Part shown: one piece after another, positions 53,287 to 64,000 of the stretch
Layout: each line of letters opens with the position of its first letter
Position numbering within the stretch: position 1 is the stretch's first letter
NCBI GenBank assembly: GCA_951406725.2
Contig: OX597814.1
Span: 88,536,001 to 88,600,000 of the forward strand
Reading direction: 5' to 3'
DNA length: 64,000 bases
From: Octopus vulgaris
Lineage: Eukaryota
Position numbers and translations under genes: made by a program
The notes under the pieces: model-generated
The model's input: only the letters and a program-made list of their open reading frames with translations
Database searches by the model: none
Told to the model about the DNA's origin: nothing

Positions 53287-53400
53287 GTATATATATCTGT
53301 CTATCTATCTGCTTGTCTATCCGTCTGTCTGTCTATTTGTCTCGCTGTTTGTCTGTCTGTCTGGCTCCCTATCCATCCATCTGCCTATCTGTCTATTCTA
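53070..53400. repeat. (TATC)n/(CATC)n microsatellite
   Basis: Directly visible. Confidence 0.95.
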
Positions 53401-53559
53401 TCTAGCGACCTATTGATTGATCAATCGATTCATCCATCTATTAGTAAAATTGATCAGTATGTGTGTATGCATGTATTTATATTATATTTTTAAGTTTTTG
53501 TACTCAGTGATTCCGCGAACAAACTCGCAGTCGATTTCACTCACTCACTCACTCACTCA

Positions 53560-53595
<36 letters not shown>

Positions 53596-54610
53596 GCGTA
53601 TTTGCTTGTTTAACTGTTTATCTTATCTTAAATAAAAACAAACAAACAAACAAACCAACTAAACAAATGTAAGATTGTTTTGATAAACAATAAGGTTTCC
53701 AAAGAAACTGGATTTGAAGTGAATGTTTAATAAATGCGAACTATTATATCAGCTATCTTATACACGCATCGCCTAGAAAATCACAAGATACGTGTCCCAT
53801 CTTGCGTCGTTTTAAATAAACATTTGTTTCCATTAGTAGCATATGATTTTAAAAGTGTCCACGAATAAATTAGCTCATTATTTTGCAACTCTGTTATTGT
53901 GTTGAGCGATAATGTTTGTAAACAATTTTAAACGTGGCTGGTATAAAACATCTGATCGAGAGATAAAGCTTCTAACGCACTGAGCAGCAATTTAGTTTCA
54001 GATCTTGGATCTTTTACTTCAGTCATGCTGGAGCACCACCTTGAAGGGTTTTAGTCGAACAAATTAACCACAGGACTTCGTTATTTGTTTTTTGCTTTTT
54101 TTTAAAGACTAGTACTTACTATATCGGAGTCTTTTGCCGAACTTCTAAGTTACAGGGCCGTAAACATACCATCACCGATTGTCAAGCAGTGATGGGGGGG
54201 GGGGAATTAAACAACCTCCCACAGATATATATCCATATATATACGATGGGCTTCTTACAGTTTCCATTTGCAAAATCCACTCACAGTCGCCCAAGGTGCC
54301 ACGCAGTGGGACTGAACCCAGAACTATGTGATTGGGAAGCAAATTTCTTACCGCACAGCCACACCTGCGCCTATTTTATTTATCAATTTATTTATTTATT
54401 TATTTATTTCAATTAGATAAAACAATGCACCAGTCAAACATTTAGATGCATTTATATTCCTATTATGTATTCTTAGTGTCAGGCGGCGAGCTGGCAGAAT
54501 CGTTCGCAACCCGGACAAAATTGCTTAGCGATATTTCGTACGTCTTTTCGTTCTGAATTCAAATTACGTCAATGTCGACTTTGACTTTTGTTCTTTCGAT
54601 AAAATAAGTA

Positions 54611-54772
54611 GGCGTAGGAGTGGCGGTGTGGTAAGTAGCTTGCTTACGAACCACATGGTTCGGGGTTCAGTCCCACTTTGTGGCACCTTGGGCAAGTGTC
54701 TTCTACTATAGCCTCGGGCCGACCAAAGCCTTGTGAGTGGATTTGGTGGACGGAAACTGAAAGAAACCTGTC

Positions 54773-54828
<56 letters not shown>

Positions 54829-55041
54829 TGTTTGTGTGTCTGTGTTTGTCCCCCAACATCGCTTGACAACCGATGCTGGTGTGTTTAACGTCCCCGCCAC
54901 TTAGCAGTTCGGCCTAAGAGACCGATAGAACAAGTAGTAGGCTTACAAAGAATAAGTCCTGGGGTCGATTTCTTCGACTAAAGGCGGTGCTCCAGCATGG
55001 CCGCAGTCAAATGACTGAAACAAGTAACAGAGTAAAGAGAG
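54611..55041 (+). mobile_element. SINE family A, full length, nested in a family B copy (54481-55125)
   Basis: A-box-like TGGCGGTGTGG, B-box-like GGTTCAGTCCC, CCTTGGGCAAG core, internal (TA)n(TG)n and a GTAAAGAG-type tail. Confidence 0.92.
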
Positions 55042-55331
55042 TATCAACAGAACACTGGGTCGATGTTGTTGACTTACTCTGTTCCTCAAAATTGCAGGCC
55101 TTGTATCTATAGCAGAATGGATTATGATTTTAAATTTAGGTGTACACTTTGTAGTATGCCGTTTAAAGCCTGTTCACTGTATTCGGCTACCTGATGCTAT
55201 CAACAGTACGAATTTAAATACCACTGGATTTACTTCGTATCCGTGAGAAAGAGAAAGCATATAAAATTCACGGGAATTTTTTTTTTATTAAACACTACGA
55301 TCGGAGATTAAAGAATGGAGACCTTTTGACA

Positions 55332-55439
55332 AGTCACCTGACGAGGCACATCTGCACCGAATGATGCACCACAACAGTTTGTATAGTATCTCACCCGCGA
55401 GGGACCGATGCACGATGGGTCGAAACGATTATAGTGATT
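55332..55439 (+). ncRNA. Type I hammerhead with long stem II and decayed stem III
   Basis: AGTCAC-CTGACGA(55338-55344)-GGCACATCTGCA...TGCACGATGGGTC-GAAA(55422-55425)-CGATTATA-GTGATT, followed by AATAAA. A sister 3' half at 58517-58542 keeps GAAAC-AATT-GTA-GTGATT. Confidence 0.7.
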
Positions 55440-57504
55440 AATAAATAATCTCTTTCTCTCATATGTAGAAAAGGTTACGTATCCTTGGCGTGAATGGAAT
55501 TTATTTTTTAAAATACTTATGGGAAATACTTGAATGACATTTAAAAACATAGAGCCTCTATGTCTTTTAAAAGATGTTTTATTTTATACATATATAGTCA
55601 TTAAGAATCCATTAAATTAGACTCGACAAGCGGAGATCTAGTTTCGATTCCTTGTTGGAACCTCATCATATCACTGACACCGGTTATGCCATTGGCAGAA
55701 ATGATCTACGTCACTTAAAATTTGATCTTATGTTGTAAAAATAGTTTTGTATGTGACTACATTTTTATTTTGCTCTGGCGTGGCTGAGTGGTTAAGAGGT
55801 CTAATCCAGCTACGTGATATTTTGAGCAAGTATCTTCTTAATTAGCCTTGAGCTGACTAATGCAATTGATATCTAATTAAACAGAAACTGTGAGGAAACC
55901 CATCGGTAAGACGGTTCCTGAGGCAATGTGTCGGTATTAGTACATGACGTCAGTCATGAGTTAGTGTATGTGTGCAAGTGTGTTTGACTGATCATTTCTG
56001 CTGAGCAAACGCAAGTCAATGTTCCACAATCAATCATGACGTCATAGACTTTTACCGAAAGATTACCCAGTTCCTGTTCTAGGGTGGTAGATTAATTCGT
56101 CGCACTGTTTAATACCACACCACCTTGATGTTTAGATTAATATAATACTTTCCACTCTATTGCAAGCAAACGGAACAGGTTTCCCGTTTGAGGTTAACCT
56201 CATATTTTAACTCCCATCCTCCCTTTCCTGATTAAGCTAAAAAAAAAAAACCCCAGTTGAGAGATTGAGATGGTTCCTACCATAGTTACTGGAGAGGTAA
56301 TCTCAAGCTTGCTCACTATTGCTTAGCCTCATTTAAACGCTGACCAGTCTTAGTTTTCATCTTCTAGTATAACCCCTTTCGCCTCAATGATATGTCACAG
56401 GAATATGAAATGAACCTTAGTACTTATATGCTATTTTATTTCATTTCACCGACACAAGAATAAAAGCCTAATTTATTGTTGGCGAGATTTTAACTCAGAG
56501 CGTTACTAAATCCTGCTGGCATTTTATCAGAAGTTCTAATGCAGTCATGGGCAAACTGCGATACGCGGAACTTTTTGAATGGTACGCCTAACGAAAAATT
56601 AACTTGAATTTTTTTTTTGTTATAGTAGTGCGGCCCGCTTGATGATGAACCATGTCTCATGCGGCCTGCTTCTCGAAATAAGTTGCTTATGTCTGCTCTC
56701 ACAATTCCACTATTCCAATTGCCTGAACAGACCTATGATAATTAAGGTTCCAGTTGTAACCTGTCTCTTTATTCAAATGCAGTGTATCTAGTACCACATT
56801 ATCCAGTGTAACCTTCCATTTTTTTTTAAGATGGTCGTGTGAGATTTGAGGGAGATTGGCAGCTATTTCTAGCAAGTCGAATGCCTACGTAGATGATCTC
56901 TCACTGGCCCACGTACGTCAAATAATCAGTATAGAGATTCCTAACTTAGGAACAATGTCAACAATTCTGAGAAAAAGATTATTGTTGATATGTAACTGTG
57001 CATGTTAATAGATAACTGTGCATGTTTTATCAGCCGCTGAGAGATAACGAGGAAATTCAATTCCGTTGACATTTAACAGTCTTGTGGTATTATGCCACTA
57101 ACTAACTTATATATATATATAATGGATTCAAATTATGCCACAAGGCCAGCAAGTTCTATTACATCGACCCCAGTGCTTATCTGGTACTTATTTTATCGAG
57201 CCTGAAAGGGATAAAAGGCAAAGTCGACCTCGGCGGAATTTGAACTCAGAACTTAAAGATGGACTATCGACTCGGCCAGCTAACCGTCTTAACTTATAGA
57301 TATATAATGTTGATTTAGTAATTTAGTCTGGGGCTCGGCAAATCTACGACACGAATCTTCATTTCGTTCGGTTCGTCAACTTTGAATTATTGACATTACA
57401 TACAAAATTTTTTAATTTTCTTTATCCACCTTTGGGGATATCGAACAATAAAATTTTATTTGAAAAATTAGACCAATAATTATTATCAAATAAAGCAATG
57501 TTTT

Positions 57505-57704
57505 ATATTCTTTTACTTGTTTCAGTCGTTCGAATGCGGCCAAACTTGGACACCGTCTTGAAGAATTTTAGTCGAATGAATCGACCTCAGAACTTTTTAA
57601 TATTTACTTTTAAAGCCTGGTACTTATACTATCGATCTTTTTTGTCGAACTGCTATATTACGGGGACATAAACACACCGGTTGTCAAGCGGTGGGGGCGG
57701 ACAA

Positions 57705-57766
<62 letters not shown>

Positions 57767-57925
57767 GACGGGCTTCTTTCAGTTTCCGTCTCCAGATTCA
57801 CCCAGAAGGCTTTGGCCGGCCCGAGGCTATAACAGAAGACACTTGCTTAAGATGCCACACAGTAAGACTGAACCCAGAAATATGTGGTTGAGAAACAAGC
57901 TTCTTACCACACAACCACACCTGCG
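57505..57925 (-). mobile_element. SINE family A
   Basis: Reverse complement of the family A sequence. Confidence 0.85.
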
Positions 57926-58192
57926 TATAAACGAAAATTAACAATAAATAAAATAAAATAAAGTAAAACTGAGATTCCCTCTTTTGATTGTTAAAAAAAA
58001 AAAAGAGAGTTTCTCACAGGAGCGATATTCTAAGCAGTAGATGTTTACATCCTCCAAAATGAACGCAGCAACAAAGACAAACAGCGTTTTATACGTTTCC
58101 CCATTACAGTTTACATTACAATAGTTGGAGTGTGTGCCGCCCGGAACAGCCCTTGCGTCTCCATCGCTCCTTCGTGCCTCTACAAGCTAATA

Positions 58193-58490
58193 CAGAAGTT
58201 CTCAACCGGGGTCCATGTGGCTCCTAAAGGTCAATATAAGATTTGAGGGTTGGGGACATACACGCAATAAAACAGTAAATTCGGGATCCACAATTGTATT
58301 TGAAGAGCTTTTGAAAAAAAAATTGTTTTAAATGTATGTATTGGTTAAGTACTGATAAAAATTTTTAAAAACTTAAAGCAGCTAGATTTTTTTTCTCTAA
58401 CATTTTACATAGTCCAACCTACACAAGTTAACGTGTGAAAACAAAATAGGAATTTGGAAGAAGCATCTATAAAGCTAGTGTTTAAACAGC
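58193..58490. mobile_element. hAT-type MITE remnant, one end related to 2316-2570
   Basis: Starts CAGAAGTTCTCAACCGGGGTCC. No second TIR found. Confidence 0.5.
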
Positions 58491-58575
58491 GTTCGTCGTG
58501 TATTTAGTTAATGCTAGATGGGTCGAAACAATTGTAGTGATTCATAAAAATTCGCATAACTTCCATCTCTCTCAT

Positions 58576-58641
<66 letters not shown>

Positions 58642-58660
58642 CCAAAGTGTACGTACGCCG

Positions 58661-58710
<50 letters not shown>

Positions 58711-58713
<3 letters not shown>

Positions 58714-58875
58714 ACGCTCTGAGTTCAAATTCCGCCGAGGTCGACTTTGCCTTTCATCCTTTCGGGGTCGATAAATTAAGTACCAGTTACGCACTGGGGT
58801 CGATATAATCGACTTAATCCCTTTGTCTGTCCTTGTTTGTCCCTTCTGTGTCTAGCTCTTTGTGGGTTGTAAAGA

Positions 58876-58878
<3 letters not shown>
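58711..58878 (+). mobile_element. 5'-truncated young SINE family B within (TA)n
   Basis: Core and young tail present, flanked on both sides by (TA)n. Confidence 0.88.
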
Positions 58879-58933
<55 letters not shown>

Positions 58934-59092
58934 GCACAAAATGGGACAGGAACGTAGAACATTAGGACAGTGAGGTGATACAAAAAATGGGACAGCAAAA
59001 CATCCAGATAGACGATACAAAGAAAACAAGGACCGGACATTCGAAGTTTTCCACCTAACTGTCGGGATGTTTTACGTTCTTGCCTCATTTTG

Positions 59093-59131
<39 letters not shown>

Positions 59132-59133
<2 letters not shown>

Positions 59134-59525
59134 CGTAGGAGTGGCTGTGTGGTGAGTAGCTTGTTTACCAACCACATGGCTCCGGTTCCCACTTTGGGCA
59201 AGTGTCTTCTACTCTAGCCTCGGGTCGACCAAAACTTTGTGAGTGGATTTGGTTGACGGAAACTGAAAGAAGCCCGACGTATATATGTATACATATATCT
59301 GTGTGTGTATGGTTGTGTATCTGTGTTTGTCCCCTCAACATTGCTTGACAACCGATGCTGGTGTGTTTACGTCACCGTAACTTAGCGGCTCGGCAAAAGA
59401 GAACGATAGAATAAGTACTAGGCTTACAAAGGATATGTCTTGGGGTCGATGTGCTCGACTAAAGGTGGTGCTCCAGCATGGCCACAGTCAAATGACCGAA
59501 ACAAGTAAAAGAGTAAAGAAAGAGT
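59132..59525 (+). mobile_element. SINE family A, full length
   Basis: Colinear with 54611-55041. Confidence 0.9.
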
Positions 59526-59857
59526 ATACATGCACGACGAACTTCTTTCCGTTTCCATCTACCAAATCCACGCACAAAGATTTGGTCGGCCCGAGGCTAT
59601 AGTAGAAGTTACTTGTCCAAGGTTCCGTGCAATGGGACGGAACCATGTAATTGAGATTCTTTCATTACTACAGATGATGTTAAAAAACTGAAAAAAAAAA
59701 AACTTGCATGGGTATTTTATTTTCTCTTTTGGTCGGAACCGAATCCAGTGCCCATGACTCTTTGCAAGGCCTCCAAAACTGGTTGGAAGGAGGGAAGAAA
59801 GTATCCTCACTCCTGACAAGCGCTCTGAATGCTTGCAACAGAATGGACTCTGCTTAA

Positions 59858-60011
59858 CTCTTTAGCATTTAAACCAATTGTATCAGACCCAAGTATTCTA
59901 CCTACTGGATGTTCAAACCGGCCAGATTCAGCCTTTCACACGCAAGTTTAATTCAAAACAGCGTGAATAAATTAGTATTACATTTGATAGAGAAATATGA
60001 ATGCCAACGGG
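59858..60011. mobile_element. piggyBac-type MITE
   Basis: TTAA on both sides, with degenerate TIRs CTCTTTAGCATT / AATGCCAACGGG. Confidence 0.55.
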
Positions 60012-61340
60012 TTAAAACATCCAAGTGACGCTAGTGAAGTGAGTGACAGATTCATATAGTGTCCGAGTAGGTCATGGTGGGATTCGAACCCAGAACGCAA
60101 AGAGTCTGAATAAATACACAAAGGCGTCCGGTCAAATATTTTTACAGTCTAGTTAATCTATCACCACCACCACCTAGAGTGGTCCTTTTTTTATTAATCT
60201 CGAAAGGATGAAGGGCTATGTTAACCAACATAATTTCACTTTTTATTCCTATAAGACATAAAGACATTTTCAATCCGACTTGTCTTGAAAGCTTGCAATT
60301 TGACTTAAATCATTGTCTAAGGTATTTTACCTAGCTAATTATCTCTGAGGATTTATCCATCACATCAGACCAGAAAATATCCCATCTCCCTCCAGCAATT
60401 GTTAACACTTTACAAGCTTCAGATTAGATGCACTAATCTGAGAACTACACCTGCATCTGGTGCGGCCATGCTGCTACAAACAGACACCCAAGAGAGCATC
60501 CCGCCAAATGTCACCTGAATGATTGGTATAAAATCACTTATTTACCATCGCATCCATCTTCAGGCACACTTTCTCAGGTACTCCCGACTCACAAATTTCA
60601 CCTTATCTCGTGTCCCCTCTGCCTAAGTTTGTACTAACCACTACAGCCATTGTTTTCAGACCGTCGATCATCCGGGATTCCTTCCCTGCGCATGTTTTTC
60701 TTGCAGTGGTCGACTTGCAACTCAAGAGAAACATTAATCGTATTGATCTCATTGTTTATGGAGAATTTGCGAAGGTCATGAACAGTACCACCGAGAGAAA
60801 CAGTGCAAAGTGGAACAAGACTATCCTAGGGCTGAGGGTGGGATTCCGCTCAGAATTGAAGGGAATCTCTGTGTTTTTACTTTTAAGTAGGGGCTTGTCA
60901 CATAGTCGCTCTCCAGTTCCCGGAACAACGTAAGAGCTAAACCTACCTCTTAAAAGTCCTGGTCACGGGGGCAGTGACTTCCTCCAGACGAAACTAATTA
61001 AGAAAATATGTTTATCAAGTTTAACTGATATCAATCTATCAACATCAGTCAACGATATTTAACGACATCGTTACTATCAGTTTATCAGCATCAGTAATAG
61101 TTGCTTATAACGCTGGTTATAACTGATTATGATAATGTTTTATAAAATCGTTTATATATGTTTGTCAGCGTCACTAATATCTGTTTACCATCAGAACAGA
61201 TATCTGTTTATCGATGTAGTTGCATTATGTTTAACATATTAAATAATTCATGAGAGGAATGATAATCTCCAACGAAGTTTATTTATAACACAAGACATTT
61301 TTAATACACATAATGTTCGATTTTGTTTATATGCTTAGGT

Positions 61341-61700
61341 GCTGGCATGAGTGTGTGGTAAGAAGCTTGCTTCCCAACCACATGGTTACGGGTTCAATCC
61401 CACTGCGTGTCACCTTGGGCAAGTGTCTTCTGCTATAGCCTCGGATTGACCAAAGTCTTGTGAGTGGATTTGGTAGACTGAAATGAAAGAAGTTCATCAC
61501 ACACGTGTGTATGTGTGTCCACCTCCACCGCTTGACAACTAGTGCTGGTGTGTTTACGTCCCCATAATTTAACGGTTCGGCAAAAGAGATTGATGGAATA
61601 AGTACCAAGCTTAAAAGAAGTAAGTATTTGGGTCAATTCGTTCGACTTAAAATTCTTCATGGCCACGGACTAATGACTGAAACAAGTAAAAGATAAAAGA
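61341..61700 (+). mobile_element. SINE family A
   Basis: Colinear with 54611-55041. Confidence 0.88.
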
Positions 61701-62077
61701 AAGAAAGGTGCATGTTATGTGTGTGGATCAAAATCTGACAAAAGATGTCAATTAAAATATCTCATATAGATATGGCATAATTACCTGTTACAAGAGCAAT
61801 AATCGTTTGATAGAAAACCAAGGGGGATGAAATTGTATAGTTAAACATGAGTCTAAGAATACATGGCTTCCGCCTACATGAGATCTCATGAGAGAACTAG
61901 ACGCCAAGGTTTTTTTTATAAGCCCGCCAAAACGTTGAATACACATCAAAATTTTAGGCGCGAAAATTAAACCTTTCTTTCAGATGTCATAGCTTAAAGA
62001 TAATTCACTGGATGTTACCAAATATAGTATATTTATTCGCCAGCGGCAATTATTTCTAGTCAACATCACCGACTATA

Positions 62078-63860
62078 AAGGCAGCGAGCTGACAGAATCA
62101 TTAGCATTTTGGACGTTTTTACGTTATGAATTCAAATGTCACCGAGGCATCCTTGAAAGAAAACCAAGAAGGATGAAAATTGTATAGTTAAATATAGGTC
62201 TAAGAATTATGGCTCCCGCCTGCAATACAAGAGATCTCATGAGAGAACTAGACACCAAGGTTTTTTCTTTTATAAGCCCGCGAAAACGCCATATCTATAT
62301 GAGATATTTTAAGTAACATCTTTCATCCTTTCGGGGTCGATAAAATAAGTATCAGATCAGCACTGGGGTCGATATAATCGACTTACCCCGCCCCCGAAAT
62401 TGCTGACCGTATGCCATATTTTGAGACCAATATAACCGAATTTAAAGGCAAGCCAGAAAAATAGTTAGCGCGCAGACCAAAATGCTTAGCGGTATTTCGC
62501 CTGTCTTTACGTTCTGAATTCGAATGTCTTTCATCCTTTCGGGGTTGATAAAACAAGTATCAGTTGAACACTGGGTTCGATGTAATCGACTTGACCCATC
62601 CCCGAAATTGTTGGCTTTCCTTTTCGTTCTACACACTTCCGCCTTTAGTTCTCACGGGGGTCGACTTCGCGTTTCCGTTTTCCTGTGCCAATCAAAATAT
62701 ACATCTGCATTATGTAATATAAACGCCACCCAAATTCACATGAGGCTTTTAGCTCTGGTTGAAAGGCATTTTGCGGCTGTGAGAGAAATATTCAGATTTT
62801 TCGCAAGTAATGTTGTTGTGAACACAGACACAGGGACTAAAACTTCGGGAAATGGAGGCTGTCAATTATATCGAGTCCAGTGCTTGATTGACGCTTATTT
62901 CATCGACCTCCGAGGGAATGGGAAGTAAAGATGATCTCGGCGAGTTTTGAACACAGAATGTAAAGAATCAGAAGGAAAGCTCACATCGCATTTTCTCTAA
63001 CGACTTCGCCAATTCAAGTCCCACAAAATAGTGGTTCTAGTTTAAATACAAAGCCAGGAATTTTAAAGGGAGAGGAGCAGTCGATTATACTGCCCCTCCC
63101 TACCAGTACTTGACTGATACTTACTTTTATCGCCCATCCTTTAAGGCGAGGCGGCTGAATTGTTAGAACCCCGGGCAAATGCTTAGCAGTATTTCGTCCG
63201 TCTTTACCTTCTGAGTTCAAATTCCACCGGGGTCGACTTTGCCCTTCATCCTTTCGGGGTCTATAAAATAAGTATCAGTTGAGCACTGAGGTTGATGAAA
63301 TTGACTTCCACCCTCCCCCGAACTTGCTGGTTTGAAAACAATATTATCGAATATAAAGGCGGTGAGCTGGCTGAATCGATAGCAGGCCTGGCGAAATGCT
63401 TAGCGGCATTTCATCTGTTTTGACATTCTGAATTTAAATTCCACTGAGGTCGACTTTTCCTTTCATCCTTTTAAGTAAGAAATAAATGCACCCTTTTAAA
63501 GCCTAGCCAGTCTCATGGGCCCGGTTTCCCGGTTTCTATGGCGTATGTGTTCCCCAGCTGGATGGGACGCCGGTCCATCGCAGCGTTACTCATTTTTGCC
63601 AGCTGAGTGAACTGGAGCAACGTGAAATGAAGTGTTTTACTCAAGAACACAACGCGTCGCCTGGTCCAGGAATCGAAACCACAATCTTACGATCGTGATG
63701 CTGACACACTAGCCACTAAGCCACGCGCCTCCACTTTCATCCTTTTGGGTCTATAAAATAGTGAATTTTTTAATTTTTTTATTTTCTTTAGCTTTATATT
63801 CGACTTACCCCCTCCTCGAAATTGCTGGCCTTGTGCCAAAATTTGAAATCAATATTATCG
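62078..63860 (+). mobile_element. Cluster of mostly co-oriented SINE family B copies
   Basis: Repeated head and core motifs. Confidence 0.8.
63473..63734 (-). mobile_element. SINE family D inserted in the core of a family B SINE
   Basis: 12-bp TSD TTTCATCCTTTT at 63461-63472 and 63735-63746, with tRNA-like head GTGGAGGCGCGTGGCTTAGTGG. Confidence 0.9.
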
Positions 63861-64000
63861 AACATAGCAATGTTATCGAGTAGCGGGTTTGATGTTCGAT
63901 TTTAAATATTCACGGTTTAAATTCGAGGACGGCTATCTGTTACAATCAACATCATGGATTTATGTTTATAAATATCAGTAATGAATGTTTATCGACATCA

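Overview
AT-rich, microsatellite-dense eukaryotic DNA that looks intronic or intergenic. The tRNA-derived SINE families and the repeat load resemble cephalopod (Octopus-like) genomes, which is my recognition rather than a database result. I cannot support any intact host protein-coding gene, and most ORFs in the track are translated microsatellites. The window is mainly a record of mobile elements. It holds a degenerate RTE/BovB-like LINE ending in three C2H2 fingers and interrupted by a hAT MITE, two further 3' ends of that family, a younger RTE fragment, R4/Dong-like and HERO-like restriction-endonuclease LINE ends, CR1-like and mariner remnants, several MITEs and dozens of SINEs. Two patterns stand out. 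(1) Penelope-type minimal hammerhead ribozymes recur, two sets of them in ~420-bp fold-back palindromes, and one has a U3-A8 compensated core (TTGATAA). (2) One SINE forms head-to-tail 184-bp concatemers through a nucleotide-precise junction seen seven times at four loci, located in a hairpin loop of its own head. All coordinates were read by eye, and the ends of old elements are approximate.
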